Positions 39,748 to 47,875 of a DNA stretch of 64,000 nt are shown piece after piece. Under the pieces are notes generated by a model. That model did not search any database, had not been told where the DNA came from, and worked only from the letters and a program-made list of their open reading frames with translations. Within the stretch, counting starts at the first letter, position 1. Each line of letters starts with the position of its first letter. Origin of the DNA: Lapillicoccus sp. (lineage in GTDB: Bacteria > Actinomycetota > Actinomycetes > Actinomycetales > Dermatophilaceae); the NCBI RefSeq assembly GCF_025353065.1, contig NZ_JANXRJ010000031.1:18938-82937 (forward strand), in the 5' to 3' direction. Made by a program: the position numbers and the translations under genes.

Positions 39748-41313
39748 TCAGACCGGCGGGATCGAGCGGCGGCGCTCACTGAAGGCGCGGTCGCGGCGCG
39801 CGGCATACCGCAGCCGGTGGAGCAGCTCGGCCCGCAGCTCATCGGCCTCGATGATCCCGTCGAGGACGAGGTCGGCCGCGAGCCGCTCGAGGTCGACGTC
39901 GGCCTCGTAGTCGAGCCGGGCCCGCGCGACGAAGGCGTCCCGTGCCGGGATGCCTTCTGCCGCCTCGATGGCGGCGATCCTGTTGGCGTAGACGGCGTTG
40001 ACGGCGGCCTCGGGACCCATCACCGCGATCCGGGCGGTGGGCAGGGCGAGGGTCGCGTCGGGCACGAAGCCCGGCCCGCCCATGGCGTAGAGCCCGGCGC
40101 CGTACGCCTTGCGCACGATGACGCAGAACTGCGGCACGGTGGCCTCGGCGACGGCCGAGACCATCTTGGCGCCGTGCCGGATGATCCCGCCGCGCTCGAC
40201 CTCGGAGCCGATCATGAAGCCGGGCACGTCGGCGAGGTAGATCAGCGGGATCGAGAAGGCGTCGCACAGCCAGATGAAGCGAGCCGCCTTGTCGGCGCTG
40301 TCGGCGAAGAGCACCCCGCCCTTGACGGCCGAGTTGTTGGCGACGATCCCGACGCTCTCGCCGCCCATCCGGCCGAAGCCGATGACGAGCTCCGGCGCGA
40401 AGAGCGGCTTGATCTCGAAGAACGACTCGTCGTCGACGAGGCCGTCGACCACCTCGTGGACGTCGAAGGGCACCGACTCCCGCTCGGGCACAGTATGCCG
40501 CGTCAGCGGCGCCGTCGGCTCCTCCGGGCCGTAGCTCGGCGGACGGTCGTGCCACGTGCTCGGCAGGTAGGAGAAGTAGAGCTTGGCCAGCTCGATGGCC
40601 TCGACGTCGTCGGCGGCCAGCAGGTCGCCGCAGCCGGAGACGGTGCAGTGCATCCGGGCGCCGCCCATCTCCTCGAGCGAGACCTTCTCACCGACGACCA
40701 TCTCCGCCATCCGGGGGCTGCCGAGATACATCGAGGCGTTGCCCTCGACCATGATGACGATGTCGGTGAAGCTCGGGATGTACGCGCCACCGGCGGCGCT
40801 CGGCCCGAAGAGGCAGCAGATCTGCGGGACCCGCCCCGAGAGCGCCACCTGGTTGTGGAAGATGTGGCCGGCGCCGCGACGGCCGGGGAACATCTCCACC
40901 TGGTCGGTGATCCGGGCGCCGGCGGAGTCGACGAACCAGAAGATCGGCAGCTCCTCGCGCAGCCCCATCTCGGTGGCCCGCACGATCTTCTCGACGGTGC
41001 GCGCTCCCCACGAGCCGGCCTTGACGGTCGGGTCGTTGGCGATGACGATCGCGGCGCGGCCCTCGACGGTGCCCCGACCGGTGACGACGCCGTCGGCGGG
41101 CAGACCCGGCGCCCGCGAGTTGGCGTAGCGGCCGTCCTCGACGAACGAGCCCTGGTCGAAGAGCAGCTCGACGCGCTCGCGGACCGCGATCTTGCCCTGG
41201 GAGTCGAGCTTGGCGCGGGCCTTGTCGGTCGGCTTGGCCGATGCCTCGTATGCCGCGGCGAGCCGCTCGCGGACGTCGGCGACCCGCGGGTCACGACCCC
41301 CCGGCATACTCAT
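39748..41313 (-). CDS. acyl-CoA carboxylase carboxyltransferase beta subunit (methylcrotonyl-CoA carboxylase beta-like)
   Basis: GKIAVRERVELL..ANDPTVKAGSWG..GPSAAGGAYIP..RKAYGAGLYAM. Confidence 0.9.
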   Translation of the reverse strand: MSMPGGRDPRVADVRERLAAAYEASAKPTDKARAKLDSQGKIAVRERVELLFDQGSFVEDGRYANSRAPGLPADGVVTGRGTVEGRAAIVIANDPTVKAGSWGARTVEKIVRATEMGLREELPIFWFVDSAGARITDQVEMFPGRRGAGHIFHNQVALSGRVPQICCLFGPSAAGGAYIPSFTDIVIMVEGNASMYLGSPRMAEMVVGEKVSLEEMGGARMHCTVSGCGDLLAADDVEAIELAKLYFSYLPSTWHDRPPSYGPEEPTAPLTRHTVPERESVPFDVHEVVDGLVDDESFFEIKPLFAPELVIGFGRMGGESVGIVANNSAVKGGVLFADSADKAARFIWLCDAFSIPLIYLADVPGFMIGSEVERGGIIRHGAKMVSAVAEATVPQFCVIVRKAYGAGLYAMGGPGFVPDATLALPTARIAVMGPEAAVNAVYANRIAAIEAAEGIPARDAFVARARLDYEADVDLERLAADLVLDGIIEADELRAELLHRLRYAARRDRAFSERRRSIPPV

Positions 41314-42494
41314 GCCGGCAGCCCGAGGCCGCGGGCGATGAGCATCCGCTGGACCTCGGAGGTGCCCTCACCGATCTCGAGGATCTTGGCGTCGCGGAAG
41401 AAGCGCGCCACGGGATACTCCTCCATGAAGCCGTTGCCGCCGAAGACCTGCGTGGCGATGCGGGTCGCCGTGACCGCGGCCTCGGTGGAGTAGAGCTTGG
41501 CGATCGAGGCGGCCTGCTTGACGTCCTGCATCGACCGGCGGCCGAGGTGCAGCTCGTCCTTGAGCCAGGCAGCCTTGTAGGTCAGCATCCGGGCGGCGTC
41601 GACCATGACCGCGAGGTCGGCGATCTGGAACGAGACACCCTGGTTGGCGCCGATCGGCCGACCGAAGGCCTGCCGGGTCCTGGCGTAGTCGGTGCTCAGC
41701 TCGAGGCAGGCCTGCGCGCACCCGACGGCGAGCGCGCTGATCGCGATGCGCCCGTCGTCGAGGGTCTTGAGGAACTGCCTGAAGCCCTCGCCCTCGGCGC
41801 CGAGCAGGTTGGTGACCGGCACGCGGCAGTCCTGGAAGGTCAGGCCGTGCGTGTCGGAGACGTGCCAGCCGAGCTTGCGGTAGGGCGGCTCGACGATCAG
41901 GCCAGGGGTGCCGGACGGGACCATGATCGCCGAGATCTGTGGTGTGCCATCGGGGTTGGTGCCGGTGCGGGCGGTCACCGTGACGACCGAGGTGATGTCG
42001 GTGCCGGAGTTGGTGATGAAGGCCTTGGCGCCGTTGAGGACCCACTCGTCGCCGTCGCGGACGGCCCGGGTGCGGGTGGCCCCGGCGTCGGATCCGGCCT
42101 CCGGCTCGGTGAGGCCGAAGCCGGCGAGAGCGGTGCCGGCGACGAGGTCGGGCAGGAAGCGCTCCTTCTGCTCGTCGTCGCCGTAGGTGAGGATCGGGTT
42201 GATGCCGAGGCCGACGCCGGCCGACAGGGTGATCCCGATCGACTGGTCGACCCGGCCGAGCTCCTCGATCGCGACGATCAGCGCGGTGAAGTCGGCGCCG
42301 TCGTCGCCCTGCGAGCCGCCGAACTCCTCGGGCACGACGAGGCCGAAGAGGCCCAGCTGGCCCATCTTGGGGACGAGGTCGGTGGGGAAGTGCGCGTCGC
42401 GGTCCCAGGCTCCGATGTGGGGGGCCACCTCGGTCTCGGCGAAGTCGCGCACGACGGCGCGGAAGTCCTCGTGGTCCTTGCTCAGCTCGAACAT
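41310..42494 (-). CDS. acyl-CoA dehydrogenase (isovaleryl-CoA dehydrogenase-like)
   Basis: ATG 42494 (MFELSKDHEDFR..); TEPEAGSD, FITNSG, EIGEGTSEVQR. Confidence 0.9.
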   Translation of the reverse strand: MFELSKDHEDFRAVVRDFAETEVAPHIGAWDRDAHFPTDLVPKMGQLGLFGLVVPEEFGGSQGDDGADFTALIVAIEELGRVDQSIGITLSAGVGLGINPILTYGDDEQKERFLPDLVAGTALAGFGLTEPEAGSDAGATRTRAVRDGDEWVLNGAKAFITNSGTDITSVVTVTARTGTNPDGTPQISAIMVPSGTPGLIVEPPYRKLGWHVSDTHGLTFQDCRVPVTNLLGAEGEGFRQFLKTLDDGRIAISALAVGCAQACLELSTDYARTRQAFGRPIGANQGVSFQIADLAVMVDAARMLTYKAAWLKDELHLGRRSMQDVKQAASIAKLYSTEAAVTATRIATQVFGGNGFMEEYPVARFFRDAKILEIGEGTSEVQRMLIARGLGLPA

Positions 42495-42558
42495 CGGTGG
42501 CCCCTCTCGATGGTGCGCGGGTCTGCTCCGAGGATCGCCCGGTGACCACGCCGCATAC

Positions 42559-42587
42559 TTGACGTTGACGTAAACGTAAACGATACT
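42559..42587 (+). promoter_or_regulatory. promoter TTGACG-17nt-GATACT, with the spacer and -35 forming a 22-bp imperfect palindrome TTGACGTTGACGTAAACGTAAA (candidate MerR/LiuR-type operator)
   Basis: Read directly; the -10 ends 7 nt before ATG 42595, implying a leaderless or near-leaderless merR transcript. Confidence 0.5.
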
Positions 42588-42594
42588 CGCCAGT

Positions 42595-43017
42595 ATGGCG
42601 AGCGTGGGTGTCACCAGCACGAGCAGCAGGAGCAGCACGAGCGGCACGACCTGGACCATCGCCGAGATCGCGGACGACTTCGACATCACCCATCGCACCG
42701 TGCGGCACTACGAGGAGCTCGGCCTGCTCTCCCCCGAGCGCCGCGGCACGCAGCGGGTCTACCACCGCCGCGACCGCACCCGCCTCAATCTCATCCTGCG
42801 CGGCAAGCGACTCGGCTTCCCGCTCGAGGAGATCCGCACGATCATCGACCTCTACGACGCCCCCCGCGGTCGGTCGTCCCAGCTCGAGTACGTCCTCGGC
42901 CAGATCGACGACCGGCGCACCGACCTCGAGCAGCGTCGACGCGACCTCGACGAGGCACTCGCCGAGCTGGCCACCTTCGAGGAGCGATGCCGGGCGGACC
43001 TCGCCTGGCTGGGCTGA
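42595..43017 (+). CDS. MerR family transcriptional regulator (LiuR-like)
   Basis: WTIAEIADDFDITHRTVRHYEELGLL HTH; C-terminal coiled coil. Confidence 0.85.
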   Translation: MASVGVTSTSSRSSTSGTTWTIAEIADDFDITHRTVRHYEELGLLSPERRGTQRVYHRRDRTRLNLILRGKRLGFPLEEIRTIIDLYDAPRGRSSQLEYVLGQIDDRRTDLEQRRRDLDEALAELATFEERCRADLAWLG

Positions 43018-43030
43018 CGGCCAGCGCCCC

Positions 43031-43072
43031 CTCGGCACTCGTTGGGGCACGCTCGGCGCTCGTCGGGGCACC
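43031..43072. repeat. 21-bp imperfect tandem repeat x2 (ctcggcRctcgtYggggcac)
   Basis: Read directly in the convergent gap between merR and the hcp-like gene. Confidence 0.7.
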
Positions 43073-43090
43073 CCGGCACGAGGGGCTGGA

Positions 43091-43537
43091 TCAGGGCGTG
43101 TTGGTCGTGAGGTTCCAGGTGACCCGCTTCCCCGAGATGAGGAAGTTGAGCAGGCCGAAGTTGAGCGAGTAGTTGACGGTGAGCCGGTCCTCGCCGCCGG
43201 AGCCGCCGAGGCTGACCGAGCTGACGAGCACCGTGGTGAGGGTGTAAACGTCGTTCGTGGTCCCTCCACCCGTCGTGGGAGTCACGAGGGTGAGGACCGC
43301 AGAGGTGCTGGTCAAGCCTCCGAGCATCTTCTGGGTCAGCGGAGCGGTCGCGGTGTCGACGTAGCTGGTGAAGGACAGGTCCTGGATGGCCGGCTTGGCG
43401 CCACCACCACCCCCGACGACGACGGTCGGGTTCGACGCCCCCCAGGAGAACGCCAGCACCGTGAGGGCTCCGACGAAGCCGACGTCGGTCGATCCACCGG
43501 TGACTCCCGGGATCTTCAGGTACATGCTGATGCTCAT
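43091..43537 (-). CDS. hcp: Hcp1-family (type VI secretion tube protein-like) protein
   Basis: MSISMYLKIPGVTGGSTD..AFSWG, GGGGGAKPAIQDLSFTSYVD, VLVSSVSLGGSGGEDRLTVNYSLNF: the three hallmark Hcp blocks. Confidence 0.8.
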   Translation of the reverse strand: MSISMYLKIPGVTGGSTDVGFVGALTVLAFSWGASNPTVVVGGGGGAKPAIQDLSFTSYVDTATAPLTQKMLGGLTSTSAVLTLVTPTTGGGTTNDVYTLTTVLVSSVSLGGSGGEDRLTVNYSLNFGLLNFLISGKRVTWNLTTNTP

Positions 43538-44154
43538 CGGGTGGTCTCTCGATCAGTGGTGCTGTCGGTGGCGGGAGCGGTGTCAGAAACGGTGTCCCAA
43601 GCGGAGGGAGCCCACCCGTCGAGGACGATCTCGTAGCGCGCCGACCCGTCACCTCCGAGGTCGACCCGCTGCTGGTGAGCGACGTAGCTGCCGCTGCACC
43701 CGGCATACCGGCCGGTGCCGCCGATGACGGCGAAGACGCCGTGCCCCTGCAGGTCGACCGTCCCGGACCCGACCAGCGTCCCGCCGGGGAGGGTGAAGAG
43801 ATGCTGCTCCAGCGTCGAGGCCGTGCCGCCGTGGGGGGGCTGCCCGCGGTCGTGCAGTCGCACCACGTCGGAGTGCAAGGTGCCCGTGCCACCGCCGGAC
43901 GTCGTCACTGTCGCGGTGACGACGGAGCGCTCCCCGGCTCGTGCCACGAGGTGCTGGACCGCCCCGGGTCGGGCAGCGGCCGGGGCGTCGATGCGGCGAA
44001 GTCCGCTGCCCGACAACGATATTCGCGTCGTCCCACCGGAGGTCACGGACCCCGTCGTCGCCCGGGCAGGACTTGCGGCTACGACGCCCGCCGCCGTGGC
44101 GGCGGCACCGACGGCCGCGGAGGCGAGGACGGACCGACGCGTGCTGAAGGCCAT
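43534..44154 (-). CDS. Tat-signal secreted protein, dirigent/allene-oxide-cyclase-like beta-barrel (tentative)
   Basis: GAAGGGA RBS plus ATG 44154; STRRSVLASAAVGAAATAAGVVAASPARA signal; AVIGGTGRYAGCSG motif; stop overlaps the hcp ATG (ATGA). Confidence 0.6.
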   Translation of the reverse strand: MAFSTRRSVLASAAVGAAATAAGVVAASPARATTGSVTSGGTTRISLSGSGLRRIDAPAAARPGAVQHLVARAGERSVVTATVTTSGGGTGTLHSDVVRLHDRGQPPHGGTASTLEQHLFTLPGGTLVGSGTVDLQGHGVFAVIGGTGRYAGCSGSYVAHQQRVDLGGDGSARYEIVLDGWAPSAWDTVSDTAPATDSTTDRETTR

Positions 44155-44329
44155 GTCTGGTCCCTTCGAAGAGCCGGGTTGTGAAGGCACACGCTAGACC
44201 TCGATCGGCGCGCTGCATAGAGGCCGGAGCCGGGGCGCCCCAGCCAGCGTGCGAGGCTGGTTCCCCAGCTCGATCACCACCCACGGCCGCGACGACCCGG
44301 CCACCACAGACGACGACGAGGTGCTCCGC

Positions 44330-45226
44330 ATGACCACCGCAGCAGACAGCACGATCTCCGACTACGCCCACCCGGAGCGGCTCGTGACGACCGCGTGGCT
44401 GGCGTCCCAGATCGAGGCAGGAACCGTCGGCACCCCTGGCGGCATCGTCCTGGTCGAGTCCGACGAGGACGTCCTGCTCTATGACACCGGCCACATCCCG
44501 GGCGCCGTCAAGGTCGACTGGCATACCGACCTCAACGACGACGTGACCCGCGACTACGTCGACGGGGCGCGCTTCGCTGAGGTGCTCGGTGCCCGCGGCA
44601 TCGGCCGCGACACCACCGTCGTCATCTACGGAGACAAGAGCAACTGGTGGGCGGCCTACGCCCTGTGGGTGTTCAGTCTCTTCGGCCACGAGGACGTCCG
44701 GCTGGTCGACGGCGGGCGCGCGAAGTGGGTCGCCGAGGGCCGCGAGATGACCCGTGACGTGCCGACCCCGACGCCGGTGGACTACCCCGTCGTCGAGCGC
44801 GACGACGCGCCGATCCGCGCCTTCAAGGACGACGTGCTCGCCCACCTCGGCAAGCCCCTCGTCGATGTCCGCTCCCCCGGCGAGTACTCCGGCGAGCTGC
44901 TGCACATGCCCGACTACCCCCAGGAGGGCGCGATGCGCGGCGGGCACATCCCCGGCGCCCGGAGCGTGCCGTGGGCGAAGGCGGCCAACGAGGACGGGAC
45001 CTTCAGGTCGCGGGCCGACCTCGAGGCGCTCTACCAGGTCGAGCAGGGCCTCTCCCCCGAGGACGACGTCGTCGCCTACTGCCGCATCGGCGAGCGCTCC
45101 TCCCACACCTGGTTCGTGCTCACGCACCTGCTCGGCTTCGAGCACGTCCGCAACTACGACGGCTCGTGGACCGAGTGGGGCAACGCCGTGCGCGTCCCCG
45201 TCGAGAAGGGGGCGCCCGAGAAATGA
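44330..45226 (+). CDS. sseA: thiosulfate sulfurtransferase (tandem rhodanese)
   Basis: [24 protein letters not shown] active-site loop. Confidence 0.9.
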   Translation: MTTAADSTISDYAHPERLVTTAWLASQIEAGTVGTPGGIVLVESDEDVLLYDTGHIPGAVKVDWHTDLNDDVTRDYVDGARFAEVLGARGIGRDTTVVIYGDKSNWWAAYALWVFSLFGHEDVRLVDGGRAKWVAEGREMTRDVPTPTPVDYPVVERDDAPIRAFKDDVLAHLGKPLVDVRSPGEYSGELLHMPDYPQEGAMRGGHIPGARSVPWAKAANEDGTFRSRADLEALYQVEQGLSPEDDVVAYCRIGERSSHTWFVLTHLLGFEHVRNYDGSWTEWGNAVRVPVEKGAPEK

Positions 45227-45702
45227 GCACCCCGGAGACCAGCACCCCGCTACCGCCCGCCCTGGCCGAGATCGCCGAGGACTTCGCGGCGGTCACGGCC
45301 CGCGAGCGGCTGCAGCTGCTGCTGGAGTTCAGTGACGACCTCCCGCCACTGCCGGAGCGGTATGCCGGGCACGCCGAGCTGCTGGAGCGCGTGGACGAGT
45401 GCCAGTCACCGCTGTTCCTCGTCGTCGAGGTGGGCGACGCCGCCGCCGGCGGCTCGCCCGACGACCGCCCGGTGAGCATCTTCTTCCAGGCGCCGCCCGA
45501 GGCCCCGACGACGCGTGGCTTCGCGGGCATCCTCCACGAGGGGCTCGACGGACTGACCGCCGCCGAGGTCCTCGCCGTGCCGGACGACGCTCCCTACCGC
45601 TTCGGGCTCGCCGAGGCCGTCTCGCCGCTGCGGCTGCGTGGCATGGTGGCGATGCTCGGCCGGATCAAGCGGCAGGTGCGGCTGAAGTCGGTGACCGCCT
45701 GA
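45223..45702 (+). CDS. SufE-like sulfur acceptor protein
   Basis: ATGA overlap with sseA; [19 protein letters not shown] (SufE Cys motif). Confidence 0.8.
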   Translation: MSTPETSTPLPPALAEIAEDFAAVTARERLQLLLEFSDDLPPLPERYAGHAELLERVDECQSPLFLVVEVGDAAAGGSPDDRPVSIFFQAPPEAPTTRGFAGILHEGLDGLTAAEVLAVPDDAPYRFGLAEAVSPLRLRGMVAMLGRIKRQVRLKSVTA

Positions 45703-45703
45703 A

Positions 45704-45719
45704 GTAAGGGTACCCTTAC
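45704..45719. promoter_or_regulatory. perfect 16-bp palindrome GTAAGGGTACCCTTAC, 4 nt upstream of the SIP start codon
   Basis: Read directly; unusually AT-rich for this DNA; candidate operator. Confidence 0.45.
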
Positions 45720-45723
45720 CACT

Positions 45724-46566
45724 ATGACCGCAGCTGCCCCGCCCGCCCGCACGGCCCGCCCCCAGACCGTCATCGAGGTGGTCCGCACCGAGCGCCTGAC
45801 CCCGCACCTCGTGCGGGTGCATGCCGGCGGCCCGGGCCTGGCGGCGTTCTCCCCCAACGCTTCCACCGACGCCTACGTCAAGATCCTCTTCGCCAGGCCG
45901 GAGCTCGGACTCGAGCCGCCCTACGATCTCGCGGCCCTGCGGTCGACGCTGGCTCCGGACGACCTGCCGGTGACCCGGACCTACACCGTGCGCCGGTTCG
46001 ACGCCGCAGCCAGCGAGCTGGCCATCGACGTCGTCGTCCACGGCGACGAGGGCGTCGCGGGCCCCTGGGCGGCGGCGGCGCAGCCCGGCGACCGGCTGGT
46101 GTTCTCCGGCCCGGGCGGTGGCTACGCCCCGGACCCCACCGCCGACTGGCACCTGTTGGTCGGCGACGAGTCGGCGACCCCGGCGGTGGCCGCTGCCCTG
46201 GAGGTGCTTCCCGAGGGCGCCAGTGGGGTCGCCCTGCTCGAGTGCGACGGACCCGACGACGAGCTGGATCTCGTTGCACCACAGGGGGTCGAGGTCAGGT
46301 GGCTGCACCGGGACGACACCGGGACGACGGACGGCACCGGCACGACGCTGCTGGCCGACGCGGTCGCCGCCCTCGAGTGGCGGACCGGGCGGGTCCATGT
46401 CTTCGCCCACGGCGAGCGCGAGTCGATGAAGGCGCTGCGCGACGAGCTGCTGAACCGACGCGGCATACCCCGGGCCGACCTGTCGCTCTCGGGCTACTGG
46501 GCGCGCGGCCGCACCGAGGACCGTTTCCAGGCCGAGAAGCGCGAGCCGGTCGGCCAGGTCCTCTAG
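45724..46566 (+). CDS. siderophore-interacting protein (FAD-binding 9 / ViuB-like reductase)
   Basis: RTYTVRR, LLVGDESATPAV, SGYW motifs. Confidence 0.85.
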   Translation: MTAAAPPARTARPQTVIEVVRTERLTPHLVRVHAGGPGLAAFSPNASTDAYVKILFARPELGLEPPYDLAALRSTLAPDDLPVTRTYTVRRFDAAASELAIDVVVHGDEGVAGPWAAAAQPGDRLVFSGPGGGYAPDPTADWHLLVGDESATPAVAAALEVLPEGASGVALLECDGPDDELDLVAPQGVEVRWLHRDDTGTTDGTGTTLLADAVAALEWRTGRVHVFAHGERESMKALRDELLNRRGIPRADLSLSGYWARGRTEDRFQAEKREPVGQVL

Positions 46567-46575
46567 CCCAACCCC

Positions 46576-46623
46576 TTGCGTCCGCGCGAACGGCACACCG
46601 GTGTCGCGTTGGCGCGGACGCAA
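46576..46623. repeat. REP-like 48-bp imperfect palindrome, copy 2 (12-bp perfect outer arms TTGCGTCCGCGC/GCGCGGACGCAA); likely bidirectional terminator
   Basis: Lies between the convergent SIP and kynA genes; shares its core with copy 1 at 33359..33402. Confidence 0.85.
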
Positions 46624-46638
46624 CGGTCTGAGAGCCCG

Positions 46639-47487
46639 TCAGCCGCCGATCTGGCCGCGCACGGCATAGAGCTCGGGAAAGAAGGTGAGGTCGAGCGCGC
46701 GACGCAGGAAGTCGACGCCGCTCGAGCCGCCGCTCCCCCGCTTGTGGCCGATGACGCGCTCGACGACCTTGAGGTGGCGGAAGCGCCACAGCTGCATGTT
46801 GTCCTCGAGGTCGACGAGCTCCTCGCAGGTCTCGTAGACGCCCCAGTGGTCGGCGGGCGCGGCATACACCTGCGCGTAGACCGCGACCATCCGCTCGTCG
46901 AGGGTGTGCGACCTCGACCAGTCGCGCTCGACGAGGTCTGCGGGCACGGCATACCCATGACGGGAGAGGTAGCGCAGGAACTCGTCGTAGAGGCTGGGCT
47001 CGACGAGCAGCCCGGAGAGCAGCTCACGGGCGGCGGGGTCGTGATCGAAGACGGTGAGCATGTCGGCGTTCTTGTTGCCGAGCAGGAACTCCACCGCGCG
47101 GTACTGCCACGACTGGAAGCCGCTGCTGGTCGCGAGGAACGGCCGGATCTCGGCGTACTCGCTCGGAGTCAGCGTCGCGAGCACCGACCACTGCTCGGTG
47201 AGCACCTCCTGGATCCGCTTGACCCGGGCCAACCGCTTGAGCGCCGGCGCGAGCTCATCGGTCGTGAGCAGGCCTCTGGCGGAACGCAGCTCGTGCAGCA
47301 TGAGCTTGAGCCACAGCTCCGAGGTCTGGTGCTGAATGATAAAGAGCAGCTCGTCGTGCTGTGGTGGCTCGCTCCGGGGCCGCTGCGCCGTCAGGAGCTG
47401 GTCGAGCCCGAGGTAGTCGCCGTAGGACATGCTCCGGCTGAAGTCGCGCTGCACCTCGGGCTCGATCGCCCGCTCGTTGGTCGCCAT
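46639..47487 (-). CDS. kynA: tryptophan 2,3-dioxygenase
   Basis: YGDYLGLDQLL..HDELLFIIQHQTSELW..SGFQS..RFRH..GSGGSSG. Confidence 0.9.
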   Translation of the reverse strand: MATNERAIEPEVQRDFSRSMSYGDYLGLDQLLTAQRPRSEPPQHDELLFIIQHQTSELWLKLMLHELRSARGLLTTDELAPALKRLARVKRIQEVLTEQWSVLATLTPSEYAEIRPFLATSSGFQSWQYRAVEFLLGNKNADMLTVFDHDPAARELLSGLLVEPSLYDEFLRYLSRHGYAVPADLVERDWSRSHTLDERMVAVYAQVYAAPADHWGVYETCEELVDLEDNMQLWRFRHLKVVERVIGHKRGSGGSSGVDFLRRALDLTFFPELYAVRGQIGG

Positions 47488-47509
47488 GCGCCGAGGGTAT
47501 GCCGTGGGG

Positions 47510-47875
47510 TCAGCTCCCGATGTCGACCAGCCGCTCGAAGAGGAACTCGTGGGGGAGGTAGGAGACGTCGTACTCCGCGCCCCGGGCGGGTGGCATGAGC
47601 TGCGACATCTGGATCAGGCGCCAGCCCGCCAGCAGCGCGTCCAGCCCTGTGGCGTTTGGCGGTTCGTCGCCGTCCCCCATCGTGGGCGCCGAGCGGCCGG
47701 TGCCGTCGTAGCGGGTCCAGCCCGCCACGGCGGAGTCGAGGGACGACGTCGCGAGGTAGAGGATGAGCAGCTGCTGGCGCAGGTGCGGAGTGGCCGAGGG
47801 GGTCGAGAACGAGTCGGCAACGCCGTCGGTCCGGCTGTCGGTATCGCTGTCGGTGGGCTGAGGGGCGCCGGTCAT
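47510..47875 (-). CDS. hypothetical protein (no recognisable domain)
   Basis: ATG 47875 shares one nt with the PhyH stop (TGATG); coding-like third-position GC. Confidence 0.5.
   Translation of the reverse strand: MTGAPQPTDSDTDSRTDGVADSFSTPSATPHLRQQLLILYLATSSLDSAVAGWTRYDGTGRSAPTMGDGDEPPNATGLDALLAGWRLIQMSQLMPPARGAEYDVSYLPHEFLFERLVDIGS

Noticed and set aside
39817-43269. ORFs 39817..41493 (+), 41241..42545 (+) and 41368..43269 (-)
   Set aside because: They are antisense or shifted frames of the carboxyltransferase, acyl-CoA dehydrogenase and merR genes, which have unambiguous family motifs.
43091-43537. The Hcp-like gene as proteobacterial contamination or recent transfer
   Set aside because: It is embedded between typical actinobacterial genes on a contiguous sequence. 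It has host-like high third-position GC and is translationally coupled to a neighbour with an actinobacterial-style Tat signal.
45704-45719. The palindrome as an IdeR/DtxR iron box
   Set aside because: It has even length (16 bp) and a sequence that does not align convincingly with the 19-bp TTAGGTTAGGCTAACCTAA consensus as I recall it. It is kept only as a generic operator candidate.
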